DNA of 64,000 nt from an uncultured Acidobacteriaceae bacterium (lineage in GTDB: Bacteria > Acidobacteriota > Terriglobia > Terriglobales > Acidobacteriaceae), in contig CAWEPW010000043.1 in assembly GCA_963810955.1 (NCBI GenBank), positions 37,034 to 101,033 on the forward strand, given 5' to 3'. The notes beneath the pieces were generated by a model. The model was not told the DNA's origin. It did no database searches and saw nothing but the letters and a program-made list of their open reading frames with translations. This document shows, piece after piece, positions 17,210 through 26,458 of this stretch; within the stretch, counting starts at the first letter, position 1; each line of letters starts with the position of its first letter. The translations under genes were made by a program, and so were the position numbers.

Positions 17210-19069
17210 GTGTCCTTTTTTTGCCGTCTGAGCTTTCCGCCGAAGTTAACTTTTCGTTCGCTCAATAGTTTCGGAGTTGTGTTCGCGATTGCCTTCGCAG
17301 CACTTCTAATTCCACAGCCAGCCGCAGCCGCGAATACGCCTCCCATCGGGGAGAACGCCTATTGCGGCAAGGGAGACATACCGAAGTTCGGCGAAAAGGA
17401 CGGCCCGGCGCAACTTCCGACGTCGTGCTATTACACGGCAATGGATGGCACTCCCTCGCCCGGCAAACAGATCCGCGTCGGTGCCAGCTCCGATTTGAAT
17501 TCCGAGCTCGAGTCGGCAAAGTGCGGAGACACGCTGTTGCTCGCCGCCGGCGCGTCATTCCACATCAAGGAATTGCCGGCGAAGAAATGCGACGACCAGC
17601 ACTACATCACCATACGCACCGATACGCCAGATTCCAAACTGCCGCCGGAAGGAACCCGCATTTCGCCGGCCTGGGCCGGAGTCGCCAGCTTGCCGGGCAG
17701 GCCAACCTATTCGCAGCCAGCAGGTGGCCCGGCCAAGCTCCTGGCGACCCTGCTCGTCAAAGTACCCTCGGGAGCGACCATGGGAGACCACTATCGCTTC
17801 ATCGGCATCGAGTGGTCCGCCGACCCCGGCGCGCGTATTGCCCGCCTGGTGTCGACCGAGGGCGCCGACCACCTGATTTTCGACCGCAACTGGTTCCATC
17901 CTCCGAATGACGAGGAAATGAACAAGGGGGTCGGAATGATCCACGGCACCCGGTTCATCGCCGTGATCAATTCCTATTTTAGTGGCTTCCATTGCATAGC
18001 CCGCACGGGCACGTGCACCGATTCCTCCGCCGTCGGCGGCGGAAATGGGGACGTTCCTGTCAGCACTCTCAAGATTTATAACAACTTCCTCGAGTCGTCA
18101 GGACAGAGCATTTTATTCGGCGGCGCCAGGTCCGAGGTCAATCCCACCGATATCGAAATCCGCCGCAATCATCTGTTCAAGCCCATGATCTGGAAACAAG
18201 GCGAGCCAGGCTTCGCTCCAGACAGCTCTGGTAATCCTCCGATCGTCAAGAATCATTTCGAGTTGAAGAGCGGAATCCGCGTGCTCTTCGAAGCCAACCT
18301 GCTCGAAAATTGCTGGGGCGGTTTCTCGCAAACCGGCTTTTCCATCCTGCTGACTCCCATCAATCAAAGCGGCATGTGCCCGAAGTGCGCGGTTACGGAT
18401 ATCACCATCCGCTACAACCGTATCCGAAACGTTTCGGGTGTGATGGAGGTGGCGAATCCCTTCGCGCAACAACGCGCAGTCGCCACTGACGGAGGCCGCT
18501 ACAGCATTCACGATCTGGTGGTTGACTCGGTCCATGATCAGGACTGGAAAGGCCGCGGCGAGTTTGCGGTCGTCAGTACCAACGCTGAATTGCTGCACGA
18601 CGTTGCTTTCAATCATGTGACCGCATTTGTGGCGGGCACGCTTTTTAATATTGGCAACCACACTGCCGACAAGATTCCCAATTTCAGTGTCACCAATAGC
18701 GTGTTCAGGCTTGGTGGCAGGCAGCCGGATTTAGCCTCAGTCGGCGGTGGCCAGGCTAACTGCGCCGATCAAGCCCAGCGCGCCGGCGTGGAGGCGGTGC
18801 TCAAAGCCTGCTTCACTAACTACAAATTCGAAAACAATTTGTTCATCAATACTCACGGCCCCATTCCCAAAGACAACATCTCAGTCGGATCGGCCGAAGC
18901 CGCCGGCATTCGCGATCTCAAAGATACGGTCAGCAAAGATCCACGACTCTGCCACGCCAAAGAAGCGGGGTGTGCGAAGGCCTCTCCCGGCGCAGGCGCA
19001 GCCTCCGATGGTCGCGACATGGGCGCCGACGTCGACGCCGTAGAAGCAGCCCTCGCCGGCGTCGAGTAA
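17210..19069 (+). CDS. Secreted right-handed parallel beta-helix protein, paralog 2 (intact). Start uncertain: GTG at 17210 gives a signal-peptide-like N-terminus; the track ORF starts at 17039
   Basis: VSFFCRLSFPPKLTFRSLNSFGVVFAIAFAALLIPQPAAAA signal-like region. Repetitive beta-helix-like blocks (NNFLESSGQSILFGGA, IEIRRNHLFKP, WGGFSQTGF, VTDITIRYNRI). Confidence 0.6.
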   Translation: MSFFCRLSFPPKLTFRSLNSFGVVFAIAFAALLIPQPAAAANTPPIGENAYCGKGDIPKFGEKDGPAQLPTSCYYTAMDGTPSPGKQIRVGASSDLNSELESAKCGDTLLLAAGASFHIKELPAKKCDDQHYITIRTDTPDSKLPPEGTRISPAWAGVASLPGRPTYSQPAGGPAKLLATLLVKVPSGATMGDHYRFIGIEWSADPGARIARLVSTEGADHLIFDRNWFHPPNDEEMNKGVGMIHGTRFIAVINSYFSGFHCIARTGTCTDSSAVGGGNGDVPVSTLKIYNNFLESSGQSILFGGARSEVNPTDIEIRRNHLFKPMIWKQGEPGFAPDSSGNPPIVKNHFELKSGIRVLFEANLLENCWGGFSQTGFSILLTPINQSGMCPKCAVTDITIRYNRIRNVSGVMEVANPFAQQRAVATDGGRYSIHDLVVDSVHDQDWKGRGEFAVVSTNAELLHDVAFNHVTAFVAGTLFNIGNHTADKIPNFSVTNSVFRLGGRQPDLASVGGGQANCADQAQRAGVEAVLKACFTNYKFENNLFINTHGPIPKDNISVGSAEAAGIRDLKDTVSKDPRLCHAKEAGCAKASPGAGAASDGRDMGADVDAVEAALAGVE

Positions 19070-19099
19070 TTGCCCGTGGTGGAATAATGCCCGTGTGGG

Positions 19100-19140
19100 G
19101 GCGGGGCTCTGCCCCGCCAAGACGGGGCGAAGCCCCCGTC
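19100..19140. terminator. Two adjacent GC-rich hairpins (ggcgggg..ccccgcc and gacgggg..ccccgtc) just after the paralog 2 stop; candidate terminator
   Basis: Read directly. They overlap the first ~45 nt of track ORF 19095-20288, which argues for a later start of that gene. Confidence 0.35.
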
Positions 19141-19241
19141 ACCACGCAATCCCAGGCCAAGACGATGCAGTAACTTCAGTAACCCTGTATTCACAGGGCT
19201 TTCAAACGGCTCCGATCATCCTGCATGTTAAGATTTTTCAG

Positions 19242-20288
19242 GTGTCCAGCCCCATCTCCAGCGATCGCAAATACTCGCCAGTCTTCGTGATGGGCTGCCA
19301 CCGTTCGGGAACCAACCTGCTCTACGACATGCTGCTCTCCGCTGGCGGTTTTGCCATCTACCGTGGCATTCTGCCGGTCTATGAAACTCTGATTCCTTGC
19401 TTCGGCTCGCTGCAGAGTCGCGCGCATCGCGAAAAGCTCGTCGAGACCTGGTTCCTCAGCAAAGGCTTCCGGCGCACCGGTCTCGCTGCTGAGCACTTGT
19501 CGGCGCGAATCGTCAACGAATGCCGCACCGGCGGCGACTTCATTCGCATTGTCATGGATTCCGTAGCTGAGAGCCAACACGCGCAGCGCTGGGCCGCATA
19601 CGATCCCGACAACGTGATACACGTTGAGCAAATCAAGCGCGAGATACCCAACGCTTTGTTTCTCCACATCATCCGCGACGGACGCGACATAGCTCTCTCG
19701 CTGAAAAAAATGGGCGGCTTCGCTCCCCTGCCCTGGGACCGCACTCAGACCGAGAGCCTGGTGGCGACAGCGCTTTATTGGCAGTGGATGGTGCAGTGCG
19801 GCCGCTCGGGCGGCAGCAAGTTCCCCTCCGACTATATCGAGGTCCGCTACGAAGACCTGGTCTCCAACCCGCGCCAGACGCTCGGCAGGGTGGGCGCTTT
19901 CATCGATCACGATCTGGAATATGACCGCATTCAAAACGCCGGCCTCGGCCGTGTGTCGGACACGAACTCTTCATTTCGAGAAGAAAGCGCCCAGCACGAG
20001 ATCAACCCGCTGGGGCGCTGGCGAGAGCGCCTCTCGCATACTGAGATCGCGGCTATCGAAGCCAATGTCGGGGACTGCCTGCAGGAAAATGGCTATGAGC
20101 TTTCGCTTCCTGCTGAAGAACGCCGCCTCGGCTTGCGCCTGTCGTCGATGCGTGCCATCTATCCTGCCTATCTCAACGGCAAGTCATGGCTCAAGGCACG
20201 CACGCCGCTCGGCCGTTTTGTCAGGACATCGGTTCTCAAACTCGAAGAGGAAGAACCCTTGCAACCAGCCGAGCCGGTTCTAAAGTAA
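19242..20288 (+). CDS. Sulfotransferase of the Stf0 / Sulfotransfer_3-like family, the fourth sulfotransferase in the locus. Start likely the GTG at 19242
   Basis: YSPVFVMGCHRSGTNLLYDML (PAPS 5'-phosphate-binding loop) and LFLHIIRDGRDIALS (3'-PB-like). Confidence 0.65.
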   Translation: MSSPISSDRKYSPVFVMGCHRSGTNLLYDMLLSAGGFAIYRGILPVYETLIPCFGSLQSRAHREKLVETWFLSKGFRRTGLAAEHLSARIVNECRTGGDFIRIVMDSVAESQHAQRWAAYDPDNVIHVEQIKREIPNALFLHIIRDGRDIALSLKKMGGFAPLPWDRTQTESLVATALYWQWMVQCGRSGGSKFPSDYIEVRYEDLVSNPRQTLGRVGAFIDHDLEYDRIQNAGLGRVSDTNSSFREESAQHEINPLGRWRERLSHTEIAAIEANVGDCLQENGYELSLPAEERRLGLRLSSMRAIYPAYLNGKSWLKARTPLGRFVRTSVLKLEEEEPLQPAEPVLK

Positions 20289-20348
20289 GCAATGGAGCGA
20301 CGGGCGTCCTCAACCGTCCGGCAAGGTGACTGCCAGAAGCCGTGACTG

Positions 20349-21083
20349 CTAAAAACTAGCGATCACAACATTGGGAGCAGTGGGCAACATGAATTTCGCA
20401 CCGCGCTCCAGGTTGGCTTGCATCGTGGCCGCCGGATCGAGCGCCGAGAGCGGAATGTGTTTTGTCCAGACGCCATTCTGCCAGTCGCTGCCGCGCACGT
20501 AGATCACACCGTCGGCAATGGCATAGCCATAAATTTCTTCGCGATGGCCGTCGCGATAGACAAGAACCGTAGGCGGAAGTTCTTTTGCAACGGCTGCATC
20601 CGGCTTCGTCGTGGTCGGCAGCGATCGCGCACCGCCCGTCTCGGCATAATCCGGATGCGCCTCAGTTCCGTGTCCATCCTTCACCTGGGCGCCGCCGAAT
20701 CGCACATAACGATCTCCCTGCCACTCAATCAATAAAGGTGCAAGCCGGGCTTGCCGTGGAGCGCTTCCAGTCGAAGCCGGCTGCAAAACCACCACCTGAG
20801 GCGCGCCGTTGTCATAAGAGTTTTCAGAATTCCCAGCCAGGTAGGGACCAGCTAAGTAGGCGTCGGCGGAATCGTAATCCGAATAGAGAAAGGGAGAGCC
20901 CAGAAACCCCGCTCCCGATAGTGGCCACCTTCCGCGATGAAAACTCCTGGCGCCCGGCACTCCGCGAGCAAAGTGGGCATGCCCTCCCGAAGCCGGCCGG
21001 CCCATCCCTCCGCGCCTCTGCGCAACCGAAAACGGCATGGAAACCGCGAGTGCCAGAAGCCCGATACTAACTCGCCGAAACAT
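20349..21083 (-). CDS. Hypothetical secreted protein (N-terminal signal peptide)
   Basis: MFRRVSIGLLALAVSMPFSVAQ then low-complexity Gly/Ala-rich sequence. No family recognised. Confidence 0.4.
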   Translation of the reverse strand: MFRRVSIGLLALAVSMPFSVAQRRGGMGRPASGGHAHFARGVPGARSFHRGRWPLSGAGFLGSPFLYSDYDSADAYLAGPYLAGNSENSYDNGAPQVVVLQPASTGSAPRQARLAPLLIEWQGDRYVRFGGAQVKDGHGTEAHPDYAETGGARSLPTTTKPDAAVAKELPPTVLVYRDGHREEIYGYAIADGVIYVRGSDWQNGVWTKHIPLSALDPAATMQANLERGAKFMLPTAPNVVIASF

Positions 21084-21169
21084 ACGAACTCCGTTGCACA
21101 ATTTTACACCCTGCCAGAAACGACAAGTAGAGAAGACAAGTGAGGGCATGGCGGGCGTCAGCGCACGAA

Positions 21170-21204
21170 AGCCGGAAAGCGAGAGCTGAGAGCCGAGAGC
21201 TGAA
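21170..21204. repeat. Short tandem repeat (gaaagcc ggaaagc; gagagctga gagccga gagctga) at the 3' end of hisS
   Basis: Read directly. Confidence 0.6.
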
Positions 21205-21207
21205 CAC

Positions 21208-22491
21208 CTACTTCCGCAAAATCCTCTGCACCAACTCCCCCCGCGCTACCGTGACTTGCTCTCCCGACGCCAGATGCTTGAGCGCGAATGCGTCCGCCGC
21301 CACTTCATTTTCGCCCACGATGAGAATGTATCGCGATCCGATCTTATCCGCCGCTTCGAACGACTTCTTCAAGCGAAACGACTCGTCGCCCAACTCAACC
21401 ACCAGATCGTGTCTCCGCAGTTCCCGCGCCAGCCGCGCCGCCTCGCGGTTCATCCCAGCGCCCAGCGGAGCAATATAAACGTCCGGCTTGCGCACGACCG
21501 ACTGCGCCGCCGTCGTCTCCATGAGCGACAACACCAGCCGGTCTTCCCCAATAGCAAAACCAATCCCCGGAGCCGCCGGACCACCCAGCGCCTCCGACAA
21601 ACCGTCGTAGCGTCCGCCCCCCAGAATCGCATTCTGCGCTCCCAGCGCGCCATGGGTAAATTCAAACGCAGTTTTTTGATAGTAGTCCAAACCCCGCACC
21701 AGGCGCGGATTTTCGACGTAGGGCACACCGACTGCATCCAGAATCTTCTTTACCTCCTCGTAATGCTTGCGGCAATCCTCGTCGAGAAACTGGCTGATGG
21801 TCGGGAGAGTTTCAATGATCGGCTGGTCTTCAAGAACCTTGCAATCAAAAACACGCAGCGGATTAGTAACCGCGCGCCGCCTGCAATCGACGCACATTTT
21901 GTCGACCACCGGCGCGAGCGCCTGCCGCAGCGCCTCGTTGAACTTCGCGCGGTCGGCCGGGCAACCCACCGAATTCAGCACAAGCGTCCAATTAGTGATG
22001 CCAACGCGATCCAGCAGCGTAGCCAGCAATTCGAGAATCTCCGCGTCTCGTGCCGGAGACTGGCTCCCCGACGAAGGAGGCCCGATGATTTCCGCGTCAA
22101 TCTGGTAGAACTGGCGATAGCGCCCCTTTTGCGGCCGCTCACGCCGAAACATGGGCCCGATCGAAAAGAATTTATTCAGCCCTCGCTCCCACAGTTTGTG
22201 CTCGATGTAGGCGCGAACGATGCCGGCGGTATTTTCCGGCCGCAGCGTCAGCGATTGTCCTTTATCGCTCTCGGCGCGCCCGCGATCTTCCCACGTAAAC
22301 ATCTCTTTCGAGACGATGTCGGTCTCTTCGCCCACGCCGCGAGCGAAAAGTTCCGTCGACTCAAAAATCGGCGTGCGTATTTCATGAAAGTTGTAGGCGC
22401 GGAAAACGTCGCGCGCTGCGGCCTCAACAAAGTTCCAGAGCGCAGTATCGGGCGGAAGAAGGTCGCGGGTTCCTCGGGGAGACTTGATCAT
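21208..22491 (-). CDS. hisS: Histidine--tRNA ligase
   Basis: Class II aaRS motifs: FRRERPQKGRYRQFYQIDAEIIG, GGGRYDGL. 427 aa, intact. Confidence 0.9.
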   Translation of the reverse strand: MIKSPRGTRDLLPPDTALWNFVEAAARDVFRAYNFHEIRTPIFESTELFARGVGEETDIVSKEMFTWEDRGRAESDKGQSLTLRPENTAGIVRAYIEHKLWERGLNKFFSIGPMFRRERPQKGRYRQFYQIDAEIIGPPSSGSQSPARDAEILELLATLLDRVGITNWTLVLNSVGCPADRAKFNEALRQALAPVVDKMCVDCRRRAVTNPLRVFDCKVLEDQPIIETLPTISQFLDEDCRKHYEEVKKILDAVGVPYVENPRLVRGLDYYQKTAFEFTHGALGAQNAILGGGRYDGLSEALGGPAAPGIGFAIGEDRLVLSLMETTAAQSVVRKPDVYIAPLGAGMNREAARLARELRRHDLVVELGDESFRLKKSFEAADKIGSRYILIVGENEVAADAFALKHLASGEQVTVARGELVQRILRK

Positions 22492-22553
22492 CGGGTCGTC
22501 ATCACTAGTCTAACGTCGAATCTAAGAATTTACTCGTTCGCTCTCAAGGTTCT

Positions 22554-22583
22554 CCTTCGTGGACCTTCGTGACCTTTGTGGTT
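22554..22583. repeat. Three tandem ~10-nt units (CCTTCGTGGA / CCTTCGTGAC / CTTTGTGGTT) in the divergent hisS-aspS intergenic region
   Basis: Read directly. Same motif family as 17061-17089. Confidence 0.7.
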
Positions 22584-22713
22584 ATCGCTTGGGCAAATTG
22601 AGCCACTACCGCTGCCGTCCCCCCGGCTGTCCGCGCACCTGTCCCATTTATAATTGCTGCTTCAATTCAGCCCAGAAGTTTCAGTCGCATAATTCAGAAG
22701 ACAAGGCGAAAAC

Positions 22714-24528
22714 GTGCTTGATTTTTTAGGCGATCTTAAACGAACTCATATGTGCGGAGAGCTTCGGCCCTCTGATGCGGGCAAGAGGGCGGTACTCATG
22801 GGATGGGTCAACCGCCGCCGTGATCTTGGTCAGATTATCTTTGTCGACCTGCGCGACCGTACGGGCGTCACGCAAGTCGTCTTCAATCACGAACTGAGCG
22901 CTTCCGTTCATGAAAAAGCTGAAGCGCTGCGCAACGAATTTGTGATTGCCGCCATCGGAACGGTAAAGCGGCGCGATGCCGATACGATCAACCCTAATAT
23001 TCCCACCGGAGAAGTTGAACTGGTGGTGGAGGAGTTGCGCATTCTGAACGTATCGAAGTGCTTACCGTTCCTTCCCTCGGATACAGTTCTGGCGAACGAA
23101 GAGATCCGTCTGAAGTATCGGTATATCGATCTGCGGCGCGATGCGATGCAATTTAACATCGAGCTGCGACACAAGGTGGCTCTGGCGATCCGCGACAATC
23201 TGGCGTCCCAGGGCTTCTTTGAAATCGAAACGCCATTCATGACGCGTTCGACGCCTGAAGGCGCACGGGATTACCTTGTCCCCAGCCGCGTGCAGCCAGG
23301 ATCGTTCTACGCGCTGCCGCAATCGCCACAACTGTTCAAGCAGATCCTGATGATCTCGGGCTTCGACAAGTATTTCCAGATTGTGCGTTGCTTTCGCGAT
23401 GAAGACCTGCGGGCCGACCGTCAGCCGGAATTCACGCAGATTGACCTCGAAATGTCATATCCGCAACCAGAGCGGGTGTGGGAGGTAGTCGAAGGCTTTC
23501 TGGCGGCCGCGTTCAAGACGGCGGGGCATGAGATCAAGACGCCTTTCCCGCGCATGAACTATGACGATGCAATGCGGCAGTATGGTATAGACAAGCCTGA
23601 TCTGCGCCTGCCGGCCTTAACTGAGGTTGGTGACTGTTTTACCGCTCCCGACCTGGAGGCACTGGCGATTCACAAAGAGCTGCCGGTGATTGCGATTCGC
23701 ATTCCGCATGTCGGCGAACTGTCACGCAAAGAACGAGATGACATCAAGACACTGTTCGTCGCCAAGGGCGGTGCACGCGTATTTGAAGACTTCAAACGCA
23801 TCGAAAACAAGTTTCCTGAGGCGGCGGCAAAGGTACGGGCGAAAGCGGCCGCGGTAGAAGACGATCTGCTCGTACTGGTGGTGGGCTCGGCGCAATCGAC
23901 TGCATCGGATGCGCATCCCGCAGGAAAACGAAAAGTAACGGCGGCGGAAATGGCCGTCTACGCGTCCGCGGGGCTGCTGCGTGTGGCGCTCGGGCAGAAA
24001 TATTCGGAACGCCACAAACTTTTTCAGAAAGGCGACTTTCGCTTCCTGTGGGTCACGAACTTTCCCATGTTCGAGTACGACGAGGGTGATAAGCGCTGGA
24101 TGGCGGCGCATCATCCGTTCACTTCACCGCATGAAGAAGACATGGACAAACTGGAAAGCGATCCTGCCATGGTGCGCGCACTTGCCTATGACATCGTGCT
24201 GAACGGAACGGAGTTGGGATCGGGCTCGATCCGTATCCACCGACAGGACGTGCAGAGCAGAATTTTTCACGCGCTTGGAATGACGGACGAAGAAGCGCAC
24301 TCTCGCTTCGGCTTCTTTCTTGAAGCTCTGGAATATGGAACACCTCCGCACGGAGGTATCGCACTCGGCCTCGATCGCATCGTGATGATTCTAGCCGGGG
24401 CGGAGAGCCTGCGTGAAGTCATTCCCTTCCCCAAGACCGCAGCTGCCAAAGACCTCATGATGGAAGCGCCGACACCCGTGGCTGAGAGCCAGTTGAGGGA
24501 ACTGGGTATTGGCGTGGTGAAGAGGTAA
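22714..24528 (+). CDS. aspS: Aspartate--tRNA ligase
   Basis: RTHMCGELR, WVNRRRDLGQIIFVDLRDR, FQIVRCFRDEDLRADRQPEFTQID, GSGSIRIH, LDRIVM. 604 aa, intact. Confidence 0.9.
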   Translation: MLDFLGDLKRTHMCGELRPSDAGKRAVLMGWVNRRRDLGQIIFVDLRDRTGVTQVVFNHELSASVHEKAEALRNEFVIAAIGTVKRRDADTINPNIPTGEVELVVEELRILNVSKCLPFLPSDTVLANEEIRLKYRYIDLRRDAMQFNIELRHKVALAIRDNLASQGFFEIETPFMTRSTPEGARDYLVPSRVQPGSFYALPQSPQLFKQILMISGFDKYFQIVRCFRDEDLRADRQPEFTQIDLEMSYPQPERVWEVVEGFLAAAFKTAGHEIKTPFPRMNYDDAMRQYGIDKPDLRLPALTEVGDCFTAPDLEALAIHKELPVIAIRIPHVGELSRKERDDIKTLFVAKGGARVFEDFKRIENKFPEAAAKVRAKAAAVEDDLLVLVVGSAQSTASDAHPAGKRKVTAAEMAVYASAGLLRVALGQKYSERHKLFQKGDFRFLWVTNFPMFEYDEGDKRWMAAHHPFTSPHEEDMDKLESDPAMVRALAYDIVLNGTELGSGSIRIHRQDVQSRIFHALGMTDEEAHSRFGFFLEALEYGTPPHGGIALGLDRIVMILAGAESLREVIPFPKTAAAKDLMMEAPTPVAESQLRELGIGVVKR

Positions 24529-24595
24529 ATGTGCGATGTCGCGTCCGGGTAAGCTCGGAACCGCCGCTTTGCTGTCGGAAAGGACTCTACACCGA

Positions 24596-25570
24596 ATGGT
24601 TTTCAAGGGATCGCTCGCGATTTGGCTCGTGGCTGTATTGCTGATCACTTCGGCTGTAGTTGCACAGACAGCCTCTCCTCTTCTACTGGTGCTTGAAAAA
24701 GAGGATCGATCCTTGGCCATCGTTGATCCGAGCAGCTTGAAGGTCGTGGCGCGCGTGCCCGCCGGCGATGATCCGCACGAGGTGGTCGCTTCCGAGGATG
24801 GCAGATTCGCGTACATTTCCAACTACGGCGCATTCGCGACGCCCCTGCATACGCTTTCGGTCGTGGACATTCGCGAGCGCAAACCGCTTCCCGCGATCGA
24901 CCTCGGAGCTCTGCTAGCGCCGCACGGGCTGGCGCTGGTGGAAGGTAAGATTTACTTCACGGCGGAGGGCAGCAAGGCGATTGGCCGCTACGATCCCGTC
25001 AGCCAGCGGATTGATTGGATTCTCGGCATCGGCCAGAACCGCACGCACATGTTGGAAGTTGCAAAAGACGGCAGCCGGATCTTCACCTCGAATGTGAATT
25101 CCAACAGCATCGGCATCATTGAGCGCGACAGGAATGCCGACGTTTCAGGATGGAGTGAGACATACGTTCCCGTTGGCAAGGGGCCAGAAGGATTCGATGT
25201 TTCGCCCGACGGCAAGGAGCTGTGGACGGCAAATTCCCATGACGGCAGCGTCTCGATTATCGATATTGCGAGCAAAAAGGTGACGCAGACGCTCGAACTG
25301 CACACACAAGCAATAAACCGCTTGAAGTTCACGCCCGATGGAAGACTGGTGCTTATGTCGGACCTCGGAACCGGTGACTTGGTTGTGCTTGATGCTGTGG
25401 GCCGCAAAGAGATCAAACGCATTCGGTTAGGGCACGGCGCGGCCGGCATTCTGGTCTCGCCCGACGGTTCGCTGGCTTATGTCGCCGTGAGCAGGGATAA
25501 CTACGTCGCAGTTGTCAATTTGAAGAGCTTGTCGGTGCGCGGTCGCATCGCCACGTGGCAAAGGCCCTGA
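24596..25570 (+). CDS. YVTN-family beta-propeller repeat protein with an N-terminal signal or TM segment
   Basis: Repeated ~40-aa units (..VVDPSSLKVVARVPAGDDPHEV.., ..SIIDIASKKVTQTLELH.., ..VVNLKSLSV..). Confidence 0.55.
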   Translation: MVFKGSLAIWLVAVLLITSAVVAQTASPLLLVLEKEDRSLAIVDPSSLKVVARVPAGDDPHEVVASEDGRFAYISNYGAFATPLHTLSVVDIRERKPLPAIDLGALLAPHGLALVEGKIYFTAEGSKAIGRYDPVSQRIDWILGIGQNRTHMLEVAKDGSRIFTSNVNSNSIGIIERDRNADVSGWSETYVPVGKGPEGFDVSPDGKELWTANSHDGSVSIIDIASKKVTQTLELHTQAINRLKFTPDGRLVLMSDLGTGDLVVLDAVGRKEIKRIRLGHGAAGILVSPDGSLAYVAVSRDNYVAVVNLKSLSVRGRIATWQRP

Positions 25571-25648
25571 TGGAATGGCCTGGGCTGCAGAGAACTAATC
25601 CGGGAATACCAACGCTGCGCGCGGGGCGAAGCGATCAACTCCCGCCTC

Positions 25649-26338
25649 TCAACGGCTGGCCATCAGCCGTTGCTCAACCAAGTCCTCGATCCGATTGAGG
25701 ACTTCGTCTTCGGTCATATTCGTGGAGTCGAGAACTACAGCATCTTCGGCTGCTACAAGTGGGGAGGCTGCGCGCGTGCGGTCGCGCCGGTCACGTTCGC
25801 GAAGTTCGGCTGCCATCGCTTGCGCGGACGGGCCTTTCACTCTCTGCTGGTCAAGACGCCGCTGCTCGCGGATGACGGGATCGGCATCGAGAAAAATTTT
25901 TAGGTCTGCGTGGGGAAAAACCTTTGTTCCTATGTCGCGGCCTTCCATCACTATGCCGCCACCGACGCCCATCTCGCGCTGACGCGCCACCATCCAAGCA
26001 CGGACCCTGGGATGTACCGAGACGCGAGACGCGGCTTCGGTGACATCGCGCTCGCGAATGCGGGCAGAAACGTCTCTTCCGTTGACCAGTACGCGATTGC
26101 CGCCGATGGTGCGTTCGAGAACAATGTTCGAATCCTGTGCCATTTTGAGCAGCGCGGCTTCGTCGTCGAATGAGACATCCCATTCAATGGCCCGAAGCGC
26201 AAGAGCACGGTACATCGCTCCGCTCTCGAGGTTTACATAACCGAGTTTGCGCGCGAGGCGGGAGGCGATCGTGCTTTTGCCGGCTCCGGCGGGGCCGTCT
26301 ATGGCGATGATTAATTTGCGATGAGCGGGATCGGCCAT
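25649..26338 (-). CDS. cmk: Cytidylate kinase
   Basis: IIAIDGPAGAGKSTIASRLA P-loop; 229 aa. Confidence 0.9.
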   Translation of the reverse strand: MADPAHRKLIIAIDGPAGAGKSTIASRLARKLGYVNLESGAMYRALALRAIEWDVSFDDEAALLKMAQDSNIVLERTIGGNRVLVNGRDVSARIRERDVTEAASRVSVHPRVRAWMVARQREMGVGGGIVMEGRDIGTKVFPHADLKIFLDADPVIREQRRLDQQRVKGPSAQAMAAELRERDRRDRTRAASPLVAAEDAVVLDSTNMTEDEVLNRIEDLVEQRLMASR

Positions 26339-26458
26339 TGGGCGAAGTGAGAATTGTACACGGACGGCGCGCTCGACCGATCACCGCAGCGGGCACAGAG
26401 AAACCCGGGGACGAGTTCGCCTCCTTGGGAGGGGCGACATATTACTATTTATGCGATT

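Noticed and set aside
19095-19241. N-terminal 49 codons of track ORF 19095-20288
   Set aside because: This stretch contains the two terminator-like hairpins of the upstream gene and precedes the conserved PAPS-binding loop. The GTG at 19242 is the more plausible start.
21256-22572. 438-aa plus-strand ORF without stops
   Set aside because: Exactly antisense to hisS. Arg/Leu/Pro-rich shadow frame.
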